DNA from: the human T2T-CHM13v2.0 reference genome, Homo sapiens
Length of the DNA stretch: 64,000 bases
NCBI RefSeq assembly: GCF_009914755.1
Contig: NC_060942.1
Reading direction: 5' to 3' (one strand)
The notes beneath the pieces are model-generated. The model ran no database searches, was not told where the DNA came from, and saw nothing but the letters and a program-made list of their open reading frames with translations. Of this stretch, positions 50,704 to 64,000 are shown piece by piece. The stretch's first letter is position 1; each line of letters starts with the position of its first letter. A program made the translations under genes and the position numbers.

Positions 50704-52490
50704 AAAACTATTCTCAATAAATATAAATGGTGCACTCCCTAAACTAATCATTGACAGCATTAACCCACTAGAGGAGTGCTAGCAAAAGAAAGAGTTGTAG
50801 GCTTATTAGATTAACCAGATTGTATGCTCCATGAATGCTGGGGCTATGTCTGTTTTGTTCACCACTATATACCCAGCACCAAATGCAGCATCTAGCACTT
50901 GGTTGGGACTCCATAAGTATTAAAGTGAAAGTTAAGACACAGAGTTAAGTAGAAGTTCTAGCTCTGTAGTTAAGGTTAATATATGCATGGCCCCAAACTC
51001 TACTGGACATTGAAATCTTCTGGAGCAAAATCACATTAAAATACTGATGTTTGGCTCCGTTCCCAGGGTTTTGATCAAACTGATATTAGACACAACCTTG
51101 TCAACTCAATTTTTAAAAGTTCTTTAGGTGATATCAATGTTCAACTTTTGGGAAACACGTTAATATAATTAAAAGAAGTCCAACTTTGCACACAAGGCAG
51201 TCCTAGCTTATGAGCTCATTATGCAATCAATCTAGTTTGCAAACATTTACTTAGCACCTGTTATGTATGAAGCATTCTACCTGGCTCTGGGGAATATGGA
51301 TGGCATGAGACATGGCTCTTAGAGCTTCCTATTGATTTTGGAGATGAGTAAAACACTAAAAAATGATGCAAATTAAATAAAGTAAGGTGATATTATATGA
51401 TATATTACAGAATATAATTGGTACTGTATATGATTTATAGTGAGACAACAAATATTAAGGAGCTTATAGAAAGGAGAAATCTCTCCTGAAGTTTTCAAGG
51501 AACACTCTACAGGGGAAGTGACTTTAAACTGGATCTTGAACAAAGTGTGTAGGAAGCAAGTATGCTATAAGATAGACAACAACCTAAAGATACTCCAAGA
51601 AGTGATACAATATCAGAAATGATATACTTTCAAAGCAATGCTAGATATATAATTCAAGAGTCTCCTTTATAGGTTGTTGAGGGGAAGGTTTCCAGAGCTT
51701 TGTCAGTGTCAACAACCATCAATACGGTGTTTGTCATAGGATCAGAATATTTAACTGGGAGCTGTTATTCAGACCTACGCTGGAAATTCTTAGTTGAGAG
51801 TTAATAAGGCAGTGAAAACAGAATGGTTCAACAGAGTGAAAAAAAAAAGACTATTTCCAGCAAAAGTAAGGGTGTGAACAAGGAAGGAATGGTTGGGATA
51901 AAGTTAGGGGTCATGGAAACAGATTTTCCTGGTGGGAAAGAAATGAGGTTGAAGTGGCTCCAACTGGGGTAGCTTAATAACTTAGGCCTTGTCTTGTGCC
52001 CTCTGCCTTTCCAGATGGTTATTAGCTGTCAGACAAAATTTAACCCAAGGGTCAATGTGCCTTAATTATTACCTTTGTAAAGTCTTGATGACTTGCTATT
52101 TATTTTTAATAAGCTTGTCATTCATTATATTTCTTACTTGAATGTCAAGATGATGAGGAAAGGAGGGGAGGCTTGCCTTAGTTCTCTCTCCTGTCATTAC
52201 TGTCAAGCAGACATTATTGGAACCCTGTTTCTTAGCCACTGCTTTTGACAATCCATTCTTGATGAAAGAATAAAATGCATTCAGGGGTTGAGGGAGGGAG
52301 GGGAGAATACTAATTCCAGTAGTTCAAAACCCCAGCTCAATAAAGAATGAATTGAAAAGAATTAGAAAAGTGGAGGCCGGGCTATTGCTAGGGTCTGCTA
52401 ATTTGGGCACTTGCCTTCAGGGCACCATGAGTTTATAAACAGATGGGAAGAAAGAGGTGCATTAGCTAATTCATACTAAAAAGGAAATAG

Positions 52491-52572
52491 ATATATATAT
52501 TTCAGTAAATATGTATATATTTTTATATATAAATATATATATTTCAGTAAAATATATATATATTTCAGTAAA
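52491..52572. repeat. AT-rich minisatellite
   Basis: atatatatatttcagtaaa, three copies. Confidence 0.85.
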
Positions 52573-52810
52573 ATTCTTCAGTTCTCCTCCCTATAAAAGG
52601 CTGAGACTTCCTCTCTCTTTTATTTCACTCTTAGCTTAGGCGGCCCTTTAGTGTTTTTTTTTTTTCTTTTCTATTCATAGATTTCATTAGCATGGTAAAA
52701 TGAGAATGGAAGGGAAGATGACTGGAGAGTGGGTGTAGGAATTAATAGAGTCCTAACTTTTCCCCATCTCTTAAGATGAGCTGAGTTGGGATTGGGGTGT
52801 TTACAATACA

Positions 52811-53010
52811 GCAGGATTGGCAAACTTTTTCTGTAAAGGACTGTAATAAAATAAATATTTTAGTCTTTGTAATTCACATATAGTCTCTGCCACACAGTCT
52901 GTTTTGTTGTTGGTGGTGTGTGTGTGTGTGTGTGTGTTTTAACAACCCTTTAGAAATATTTTTAAAAAGGCATTTTTAGCTTGTAAGCTGTTCAAAAATA
53001 GGCCGTGTGC
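52811..53010 (+). mobile_element. MER58-like hAT-Charlie fragment containing (TG)n
   Basis: ggattggcaaactttttctgtaaagg...taaatattttag. Confidence 0.7.
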
Positions 53011-53304
53011 CTCCATTAGGGAATATATCCTCTATGTGTTTTCACTGGTGTAGAGAAAGGCTCTTCTTTGCAACTCTCCACAGGTCTGAGAAAGGAGGAA
53101 AAGAGACAAAGAGAGTCAAAAGGTGCAGAACACCTCTGTATGTTCCATGAACTTCTCATTTCCTTTCCTTTACCTACAGAGACATGAAGAGTGCCTTTGT
53201 GAATTTTGTTGGGGGACATATGTGGGAATTTTCTTTTGGCTGTTTTTGGTTAACCTCCTAGGCTAATTGGAATTGAAGTCAATTCAGTATGGACTAAAAA
53301 TATG

Positions 53305-53560
53305 AATAGCTAATATTCATTGAGTGTTTTCATGTTCCAGGCCTTGTTTTAAATGCTATAAAATGTGTTACTCATTTTGTTTCACTCAAGCTCCTATGAA
53401 GTAATTTTATCATTCTCATTTGACCTATGAGGAATCTGAGACACCAAGCAATTAAATTACTTGCCAAGGCCATGAGTTTATGAATGGCAGAACTTACTTG
53501 GATTTGAATTCATGTACTCTGGCTGCATGATCCACACTTTTAATTACAATGCCTTCTTAC
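53305..53560 (-). mobile_element. MIR
   Basis: cattgagtg...atgaggaatctgag...acttgccaaggcc...ggatttgaa. Confidence 0.65.
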
Positions 53561-53621
53561 CACATATTGAATGTTGACAGGTAACAGCAATTTTTCATAT
53601 TGTATGACTATGCCAGCCAGT

Positions 53622-53990
53622 AGAAGTCAGATTTTGCTGCAGTGACAAAGCACTCCCAAATCTTAGTGGCTTTACACAACAAAGATTTATTTCTACACTT
53701 TTGCTATATTTCACATGGTAGGAAATTCTCCACACAACCACTTAAGAGTTAGGTGGATGGAGTATATCTGCACCTTCTAGAATATGCAGATTCCTCAGTC
53801 TCTGTAGCAGGCTAGGAGAGAGACTGAGAATCTCAGGAAATTTTCATTGCTTCTACCCAGAAGTGATGGATGTCACTTCCCACATTTATTGTCCACAACT
53901 AGTCACTCCTCTCACCTAATCGAATTGGGGCTGGGAAATGTAGAAACACAAAGAGGCTATTTGATGTGTATTAGTCTCTGCGCTATAGCA
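53622..53990 (-). mobile_element. Old MLT1-type LTR
   Basis: tgctgcagtgacaaa...cccaaatcttagtggcttt...acaacaaagatttatttct. Confidence 0.6.
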
Positions 53991-54273
53991 TTTTATACTG
54001 TTCAGTGCATCTTCATATACATTAGTTTGTTTGACCTTATTTAATTCTTTCAAGAAGACAAAACAGGCATTATTAATGCTGTTTTACAGATGAGGAGGTG
54101 AAAGTTAAAAGAGATGCAGTGATCAGCCCAAGAAGAATGACTGGCTAATAAGAAGAACAGGTCTTTGGGTTTAAGACAAATTTTGGTTTAAAGTTGGCTT
54201 CTGTTCCTTGTGACAAATTCTTTAACCTCTCAGAACCTCACTTTATTAATTTCTGTAGTATAATTGTCTCTGC

Positions 54274-54665
54274 TGTTAAATTACGTTTAGCCTAAGCCTT
54301 ATGTATTCTACAGTTGGCCTAAAGGTTTCTAAGTGCATAGTAAAATGTAACTTAACTGGATGTGTAAACAGACTGTAACCTCCTCTTGGGCCAAATATGG
54401 AGTTTCAGCCAATCAAAGGTGGCCAACTATTCTAGCCATGCTCAAATAAGACAAATGCTGAGCTGTAACCAATCCTGCTGTTTCAGCACCTCACTTCTGT
54501 TTCCTGTATATTACTCTCCTTTTTCTGTCTCTAAATCTCCAATCACGCAGGTGCGCCAGAGCCTCTCTGAAACTATTCTGGTTCAGGGGCTGCCCAGTTC
54601 ACACATTGTTCTTTGTTCAATTAAACTCTGTTCAAATTAATTTGTCTAAGGTTTATCTTTTAACA
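54274..54665 (+). mobile_element. MER57-like ERV1 solo LTR
   Basis: tgttaaattacgtttagcctaag ... ttttaaca; CCAAT boxes; flanks ctgc/ctac. Confidence 0.82.
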
Positions 54666-55059
54666 CTACCTTATTGATTTGTCAAAAAAATAAATAACAG
54701 TTCCATAAAGTGCTTTGTATCATGCCTGACTGATGGAATAGGTTCAATGAAATGATAGCCGTCTTTGACAGTTTTCTCAAGGTTGCATATTTTGTTGGGA
54801 CATTGGGAGAAGCATTCAGAGCTCCTGTCTCTGAATTGTTGTCCCACAGTTAGTGATAGTGGAAAACCATGCAACAGCAGTATAAGACAGGGTGTCTCCA
54901 TAGGGCAGAGTTGAGATCTTTATACATCAAACAATGGGGGAATAATATACAACAGCACCTTTTGAAATGAGGCAAAGATGGTCACTGCTACGGCAATTTA
55001 GAAAGGAGTTTCTGTGGATTGAGATAGGAAAGGCTTGCAGGGGAGTTTAGCTGATCTCA

Positions 55060-56060
55060 CCTGCTCTGTCATGTGTTCTGTATCATCCAGTGCCCCACCC
55101 TTCATCCTGGGCTCCTTCCTTTCCATATGCAGTCTCAGGATTGTAACAAAATGCCTAGCACTGATTATTCTCTCTATAGTGGTTCCTACCTGTTTTTGCT
55201 GAGATCCAGGCCCATATATGTCTACCTGACATTTCTGCCTGTTTTGTCCCACAGATATACTGAAATTATCATCTCCAAATGTGAGCTCCTTTTCTTCCTT
55301 AACTACAACTACTCGTTCTGTTCTATTAGTGTCAGTGATTAGTATAGCCATTCATCCAGAGGTCAAGCCAGAAATATTAGGGTCATTTTAGTGTTCTTCT
55401 TTGCATCCACTGAATACATCAACAAATTCTGCAACTTTTACCTCTTCTGTAATATATTTTCTCCCTATGTATCTGCTCCTCTCTATTCCCCTTTTGGCTA
55501 AGTCACTCACTAGTTCCAACCTGGGGACAATATTTATTTTTTAACTAGACTCCCTGCTTCCATTGTGGCCACACTCCAATCTATTCTCAAATCAAGCCAG
55601 AAGGAACTTTCTGAAATGCAAACCTGATTGTCTCCCTCTTTCATTTAGAGTCCTTCGATGGATCTCCAAAGTTTTTATTGGATAGGAAACACCTTATCTT
55701 AGTCACCAGACTATTTGTCAGCCCCTGGCTGCCCCTAATCTTAACTCTGGGCATGCCCACAAATTCAGCATTCATTCCAGCCAGGTCAAAATACTTGTAG
55801 TTTCCTGGACCCAGCCAACTCTCTCATGCATCAGTGCCTTCATACCCAGTAACTTTTGCCTCAAATGTCTTTTTCCCATGTCTTCAGTTCCTATCTGACC
55901 TTTAAAACTCAGCCCAAGAAGTAATTAATCTTCGGTTAAAGGTCTCCCTCTGTTTTCCTATAATCCTTAATTTGTTTTAAGGTCTTCCTCTATTCTGTAA
56001 CACCCACCTATCACATGTACTATAATTCTTGGTATGTTTGTCTTTTCTACCCATTGGCTG
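55060..56060 (+). mobile_element. L2 fragment
   Basis: caagccagaaat, ctccaatctattctc...gccaga...tttctgaaatgcaaacctgat. Confidence 0.65.
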
Positions 56061-57278
56061 CTAGATAGATTCTCTCTCCTAATTGAAGTAAAAGAGGCAC
56101 ACTCAGATTTCCTTTGATACCAAGGAAATGAGAAAGGACAAAAAATACTTCATTGGTTGTGAAGGCAGTCCTACTGGAGCACTAAAATGTCATTTATCAT
56201 CATTTAGGTTTCAATAACTCTGTTCAGTAGCTGCTCTTGTGAATTAATAATAATTTTCTAGACTGCCTTATTGTGACTCAGCAGCAGCCCCAACTTTCCT
56301 TCCCTTTCTTACCTGCCTCTCCTCTTTGCTTTGCCAGCCACTCTGGCTTCTGCTTAGTAAAAGCTCCAGTTAGGTTGTGGCTTCTCATTATTCTCTATGC
56401 TTAGTGTGTTTTCCTCATTTGGTTTATGTTTTTTGCACACATATCTGTGCCTCTTGTGTTAAAAGTCCCTTGTAGTGGGGTTCACACATTATTCTCCAAT
56501 ACTGAGCATCCCTGTCTCATTCCAAACAAGTACAGACATCTGTTTGATTCCATCAGAATGGTGGTGGTGATGTCCCATGTTACAAATTACAACTACCTAT
56601 ACATAAGATTTCCTTCAGCATGAGGCTGTTGGCTTGACAAAAGTCCTAAGACAGGTCAGAAGGGGGTGTTTTGAGATAATTAAGGGTGCTGTGTCCCAGC
56701 TGATTAGGAGTATCCTAGTGTGTGTCCAGTAAATATTTGATGGATAAATGAATTAATTAACATTGAAGAATACTAGGATGAGGTTGAAGAGGGGAAGAAA
56801 AGGCATTGCTAATTGGTAGGAAGAGGGGGCACCCATAAGTCAGACTACATGTCTAAGGTCATTATTCAGAAGGATTTCAAAGTTGCCAATTTTGTATAGC
56901 AATGTGCTGGCAGACATCTTCAAAATGATTTGGGTTAGTTGACAGAGCATTTTGATAGCCTCTGGCGAGAAGCTGGTCTTGTTCTCTCTCTAATGCCATT
57001 AGTTTAGAAAACTTGATACGATACCTACATGGCCTACAATATATGTTTTGTGTTAGACAGGCTCTATATTTGATGATTATGGTGCCTACAACAATAATAT
57101 TAAACTAATTCATTGTCATTATCTAGGTCTTTCAATTCTTGGGTGAGTAGCTTGAACTACTTAGTTGTTCTATTCACAGTGCCGACCTGAGGACAGGAAA
57201 GGGCAACTGATTCACAGAAATGGCTCTAGGGGCTGAGGCCTGCAGAAGCAAAAGGCTGTGTGGCCCAGCATCACTAAT

Positions 57279-57413
57279 TTTGGGGGATGTCTAGGACTTT
57301 CAGGCCTTTTAAATCAAATTGACATAATTGGACAATTTCAGGATGTCTAGGACTATTTGGGGATGTCTAGCACGTTCAGGTCTTTTAACTCACATGGACA
57401 TAATTGAACAATT
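57279..57413. repeat. Diverged ~60-bp duplication with a partial third unit between the copies
   Basis: ggggatgtctagga...ttcagg..ttttaa...gacataattg.acaatt occurs twice, separated by ggatgtctaggact. Confidence 0.85.
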
Positions 57414-57489
57414 GAGGAAATTTTCTGAAGATTTGGTTAAAAATAACTTTATGTCTCAAATTTCTGTGCATTTTAGATAAAACTATGTA

Positions 57490-57912
57490 TAGTTAGCCCT
57501 TGAATGATACAGAGGTTAGGAGTGCTGACTGCCTGCTCCTATCCACCATGTAATGTAAAATCCACATATAACTTTGGACTCTCAAAAACTTTACTAATAA
57601 CCTACAGTTGTCCTAAAGTCAATTAACACAAAACAGCCAATTAACACGTTTTGTATGTTTATGTATATATGCTGTATTATTATAATAAAGTAAGCTAGAG
57701 AGAAGAAAATGTTACTAAGAAAATCATAAGAGAGAATGTATTTACTTTTCATTAAGTGGAAGTGGATCATCATAAACATCTTTGTCCTTGTCTTCAGATT
57801 GAGTAGGCTGAGGAAGAAAAGGAGGGGTTTGTCCTGCTGTCTCTGGGGTAGCAGAAAATTCACAAATATGTGGTCCTGTGCAGTTCAAACCCATGTTGTT
57901 TAGGAGCCACTT
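57490..57912 (-). mobile_element. Tigger2a-like TcMar MITE
   Basis: Homologous to 22903-23361: cattaagtggaagtggatcatcataaa, gagtaggctgagga, cagttcaaacccatgttgtt. Confidence 0.82.
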
Positions 57913-58861
57913 GTGTGTGTATATATAAAAAATATGTACATATGTATATATGAATGTACATATGCATATACACATGTACATGTATGTAGGCATGTGTATG
58001 TGTGTGCATGTATGTGTATGTGCGTATAATATGTGTATAAAAATAATTTCTCATTGGATAAAGCTAATTAATAGGGAAAGGTTGTTGTCCACAAAATGAA
58101 GAATTAACTAAATTTTGAGGACTTTCTGAACCACGGTTTTTTGTTTGTTTGTTTGGCTTGGGCTGTTCTCTACAATTCTTGTGTATATCATTGGGGTACC
58201 TGAATGTTATGAGTATGTGGCAAATTTTTTTTCCTCTCCCTGGAACCCTGGCCTCATTGAAGTATTCTGTAGGAAGAACATGGGAGAATTGCGTGGATGG
58301 CAGCTCTCCTCAGAAATACCATATCCTAAGTTCCACCTGAGGTGACTCCTGGGGACTTTAGGTAGAGCAGATGGGATCCTGGCTTCCTTCCATGCTTAAG
58401 AGCTACAGGCATTTTATAGACAGGAACTATGTGTAGTGGGAAAAGCAGAGCGTTAGGAATTGGGAGAGGCAGATTTATCACTGTTTAACTGTGTGATATT
58501 ACGAAGTCACTTAATTGATCTGGGCATTTTTTTTCCTTTGTTGTAAAATAAAAGGTCTGGATTAGGTGATCTGTTAATGGAAGGGATACGTTTATCTCCA
58601 AGTGCTATAACATCTAACTTAAGGCATAAGCTAGACAGTTTGTTCTTGGCTGATATAGACAATATCCTCATCCCAGGACACACCTACACCAACCTCTGTC
58701 TCTTTTAAAAATTCACTTTCATGGGAGTTTTACTTTTGTAATAGAGTTTTAGTTGACTTTTGGTGGGAAGATAAAAGTGTAGGGATTTTTTTCCTTGGAC
58801 CGGGTCTTTCAAATGGGCTTTGAAGAATGAAATATTACAGTAAGAATGCAACTGTGCTTTT

Positions 58862-59249
58862 TGTTATAGGCTAAATTGTGGTCCTCTACCACCAAATTCA
58901 TATGTTGAAGACCTAACACCTGGTACCTCAGAATTTGACCATATTTGGAGATAAGCTCTTTAAAGAGGCAGTTCAGTTGAAAGGAGGCCGTTAAGGTGTG
59001 GCCTTAATCCAGTATGTCTTATCTTCTTATGAGAAGAGGAAGAGATACCAGAGATGCTGCACACAGAGAAAAGACCATGTGAAACCCCAGCAAGGGTGGC
59101 CATCTGCAAGCCAAGAGAGGCCTCAGAAGGAACGAAACCTGCTAACACCTTAAACTTGGAGTTTCAGCCTTTAGAGCTGTGAGAAAACAAATGTCTGTTG
59201 TATAAGCTACTCTACAGTATTCCATTAGAACAGCCCTAGCAGATGGATA
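58862..59249 (+). mobile_element. MLT1A-type solo LTR
   Basis: tgttataggctaaattgtg...aattcatatgttgaag...ccatctgcaagccaagagaggcctcaga...cagccctagcaga. Confidence 0.88.
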
Positions 59250-60344
59250 CACTATTGTTCAAGAGAGCTGCTGTAGTGCCCTTAGCTCAGCAAAGCAGGT
59301 CCAAAATGGGGCACAGGGTGGGGAAGACAGACCTAATCCCTGACTCCCACAGCACCTGGAACCCCACAGCTGGGACTCTGGGCCCTTCCAGAGACAGCAT
59401 TGCTTACCTAGACGTGGATCAATGGCTATAGTTCATCACCCCAAGAAGCATAGCAGGGAAGCAGAAAACGTGGTCACATGAGGGCCACAGATGGAGTGGG
59501 AGAATGAGGCAAGAGACTGGTAAAGAAGTACATACCGTGGGGACTCCAGAAACACTGGGCAGTCCTTTATATGGGGAGTGTTCTGCTCTCAGTTGGCTGT
59601 TGTCTTTTAAGCCAATGGACATTTGGATCATACAAGTATTACAAATAACCAAATTTCATCATTTTTTAATAAATGTATTTCCTGAACATACAAGCCCATA
59701 TTTGGAAAAGCTTGCATGATCCCTTAAAAGTTGTCACCTCCTCTTTTGGTTACTAAGGACTCCCCAAGTCCAAACATAACAACATTGCCAAATGATTGAT
59801 ATTTGAACTATCATACTCTCTTCACGTAGCATAATTGTCCTGCACTTAAACCAAATCTCATATGCTTTAATGATTAGATCTTTTCACCCCCTTTAATTTA
59901 TAAGGAAAATTGATTCTTTGGGTCAATATTCCCAGGGGCACAAGAATCTGGGCTGCTAGTGGAGTCTGAGTGGGATTGTCTGAATGTTAATTGTTGCTTC
60001 TGATGTCTCCTGGAGCAGAGATGCTGTGGTTATTTTCAAAGCCAAACTCTGGCTACATGTCAAAATCTACAGCAAAACACCAGAGCCATTTTTCTGCAGA
60101 TACAAAATAAAAGAAGATTAATCACATTTGTCTCCTCTACTACCTTTTCAAGAGAAGTTTTTATTTTAAACAGCTGCTTGTTGACGACATTTGAAGGCTG
60201 TAGAGCATGTCAAAGGATGATGGAAAGTTTTGAAAAGGTCTGTGAAAATGCTCTATGCTTAGAACTCTCTCTACTCACATTAATTTTCTTTACTCAAGTT
60301 TTCATCAATAAACCAAATTGGGAAACAGATTTAGTTATGGACAC

Positions 60345-60523
60345 CAGTGGTTTTCAAAGTGTGGTCCCCAGACCAGTAGCAGCAGCACCTGAGAACTTAT
60401 TAGAAATTGAAGTCCTTGAGCCTCATCCCAGACCTACTGAATCTGAAACTCTAGAGGAGGCGGCCAGGCAATCTGTGTTTTAACAAGCCCCCCATGTGAT
60501 CCTGGTGTAGTCTAGGAACCACT
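60345..60523. mobile_element. MER5A
   Basis: cagtggttttcaaagtgtggtcccc...cagacctactgaatctgaaactct...ttttaacaagccc. Confidence 0.88.
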
Positions 60524-60896
60524 ACTCTTGACAACTCCACTGTGAAAACTATTTTCTTGAAATTTCTGGGAAATCATTTCCATGGTCATTTATTCCCCTT
60601 TCCTAAGCTGTATTCACATACAAAAGATTCAGATCATCACATCCTAGCTCCTCCTCAGAGGATCTCTCCTGGAAACTGAGGTTCTTTCCCATGGACTTGT
60701 AATACTTATACCACTACAATTCTTCATCTACCTCCCTCACTTCTAAGGATCAAAAGGACTCAGAATATGCACCAGCTAGGTTCAGCAATTAAGTCTCTAA
60801 TTTTTATGTGCGTGTGAGGATTTTGTCTCTGATTGTGATTTCCACAAAGCCTGCCAGTAGGGTTGAATACAAAGACTTTCCTTATAAATGACAGTG

Positions 60897-61425
60897 CAGT
60901 AAGTCTTCACTAATGTCATCATAGGTTCTTGGAAACTATGACTTTAAGTGAAACTACATACAGCAAGCAAGTCTTCAAATAGCATAACTCATTTGACATT
61001 GTTTTGTTATAATGTTAATGAGGGGAAAATGGTTTTGTTATATTTCCTTTCACTTATTTATTTTTGAGATAAGGTCTCACTCTGTCACTCAGGCTGGAGT
61101 GCGGTGGTGCAATGATGGCTCACTTCAGCCTCTGACTTCTGGGCTCAAGTGATTCTCCGCTTCAGCCTCCTGAGTAGCTTGAGTAGTTGGAATACAGGTG
61201 CGCAGCACCATGCCCAGCTAATTAATTTGTTTGTTTGTTTGTTTTTTTAGAGACAGGGTCTCCCCATTTCACACAGGCTGATCTCCATCTCCTGTACTCA
61301 AGAGATCTTCCACCTTGGCCTCCCAAAGTGCTGGGATTCCAGGCATGACACATTGTGCCTGGCTCATTTCACTTAAAGTTTCAATTTCCAAGAATCTACC
61401 AACAACGTTAAATGAGAACTTACTG
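60897..61425. mobile_element. Short MER82-like Tigger element split by an AluJ
   Basis: TIRs cagtaagtcttcact ... aatgagaacttactg; subterminal ggttcttggaaa/tttccaagaat. Confidence 0.75.
61055..61364 (-). mobile_element. AluJ
   Basis: ctgggctcaagtgat, gagacagggtctc; TSD tttcactt on both sides. Confidence 0.92.
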
Positions 61426-62286
61426 TAATTGTTTTAAAGTGTTTGTATGGCCAGGCACAATGCTGACCACTTTACAAACTTTATTTTATTGGAGCTGAAA
61501 ACAATCTATTCTACAGATGAGGAAATTAAGTCACAGAGAAGCAAAATAACTTTGCCAGCTTTAATCAGGGCCAGGGTTGTAGCTCTCACATAGTTCCTAT
61601 TCAGCGCTGCTACTTGGAATAATGAACAAATACTTGTGGACTGAGTTAGGAGGAGCTGCTCAGCTTGGGTGATTTGGATGTTAGCCATACTTCTTTACTC
61701 CATAATTGAAAACAGAAATATAGCTGAAGATAGAAACATGATGTCTTTGGCATACAATAGTTATCTTCCACCTACCTAACAGGTCATATGCCTTAAATTA
61801 TTCCTCTAGTGGAGATACTGAATTGGCAACAAGGGATTCATAGCCTCTTGCTTGACTGTTAAGTAACCAACGTTGCAATTTTAGTCTCTTGCAGGAAAAA
61901 ATAATCTGATCTTTCTAGGGCTTAAATTAGCGACAGGGCTTCATTAATAATCTGCGTTGCATGAAGTAGTTAATTCATGTTAACTTGTTCTGTTATTCTA
62001 AAAAGGGGGAGAGAATGACTTTAAATACCTTTGTTTCAGCTTCTTCTTACTCATGTAGGAGTAGTAACAATTGTTGGATATGTGAAAATTACCAACTGAG
62101 TTAAAGAAGTAATGGTCTTGGGATTGGAGCATGAACAATTGAATAAAAACTTATGGGTAAGAGCATTATGTAGGCATGTAGACATTTGGCTGGGGCATGA
62201 CTTCCATAAGTAAGTAAATGGGTAGAGCTTTGGGATACACTGTGATTCACTGTGTCTGGTGCAAGAGGTTTTTTTTTTTTGGTGGG

Positions 62287-63040
<754 letters not shown>

Positions 63041-64000
63041 CACAATTCCCTCTTCTTAAGAAGAAAATGTCATATGTGCTCCATCTGGGAGGATGAGACC
63101 TTTCTACTCTATTGATTTCTACTTCTTTCTTTTATGCTGGTATGGCCCTGAGAGAATTCTTCCAAATCCTGGATGGCAGAGGCCTCATAGAATAATGGGA
63201 ACAAAGCTGAAAGTTGGAGAAACCTGTGGAGAGGAAGTAGTTTCTAGGTTATTTTCCACGTTGTTGAGCACTGCAACTAGGAAAAATGACTTCAGTCTTC
63301 CTTGAACCTTAATTTCCTCATCTAGCAAATGAGAATACTGGGCCTGATATTGTCTGGGACTGGGTTATCTGCTATGAGGAATAGACCCAATTCTTGAGAA
63401 TAATGTTAGAAAAACACAATCAAAGGCCTTGATGTCACTATCAAGATTCATCGTGACAAAATCAATTTTTATCTGATTTAAGGTAAACTTCCTCATCATT
63501 TGTGAAGTAGAGCCGTTCTGTGTTTCTGTGATTACTTACATGGCCTTAGTGGGGACAGATAGCAGGAAAGGTTCATTTATTTTTAAAATTTTCAGTTATT
63601 TAAATTTAGTTTTATTCAAATATATAATTTTATTTAAATTTGTAAGTAAACAGTAATCATGGGATTTTGTCATCTTTATTTTTCAATTTTGTTTCTTTGA
63701 TTTTCTTTCCCTAATCCCACACAAATTTTAACATGCCCTTCCTTTTCCAGTAACCTACAAAACAATCAGATGGGTTTTCTCTCCTATTTCCCCTCTACTT
63801 AGATAAGCCTATACACACATATATGCATAAACATATATATATATTTTTTTCTTTATTTTTGCGTGTTTGGATTTAAGCAACACCAACATTTTCTTCTATA
63901 TATATTTTTTTACCCAATAATACTTTGTTAAGATCGCCTCTGGCAGTTTTCATTCCCTCTTTTAAGTAGCTACATAACATTCCGTGGTGAAACTACCATA

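Overview
This is AT-rich primate (human-like) genomic DNA that is intergenic or deep-intronic. The evidence is Alu elements (FLAM/FRAM, J, S, Y), L1PA, THE1/MST, MER57 and Tigger/Charlie relics. I find no credible protein-coding exon, CpG island, tRNA/rRNA or CRISPR array, and I cannot name the locus. The supplied ORFs appear to be chance or repeat-derived. Much of the window is transposon debris; family and subfamily names are recalled from consensus sequences and need RepeatMasker/Dfam confirmation. I did not find a convincing new multi-gene system. The most notable items are: (1) an interrupted 22-triplet CTG/CAG repeat inside an unlisted minus-strand 45-aa ATG-to-stop micro-ORF encoding uninterrupted Q22; (2) an exact 45-bp copy of sequence from 5 kb upstream that ends in a perfect fold-back hairpin, resembling a templated-insertion scar; (3) a 29-bp minisatellite with one GATA site per unit; (4) a ~1.4-kb fossil hAT-Charlie transposase; (5) a twin-primed L1PA with a 27-bp inversion; and (6) several motif-dense unique segments that may be enhancers.
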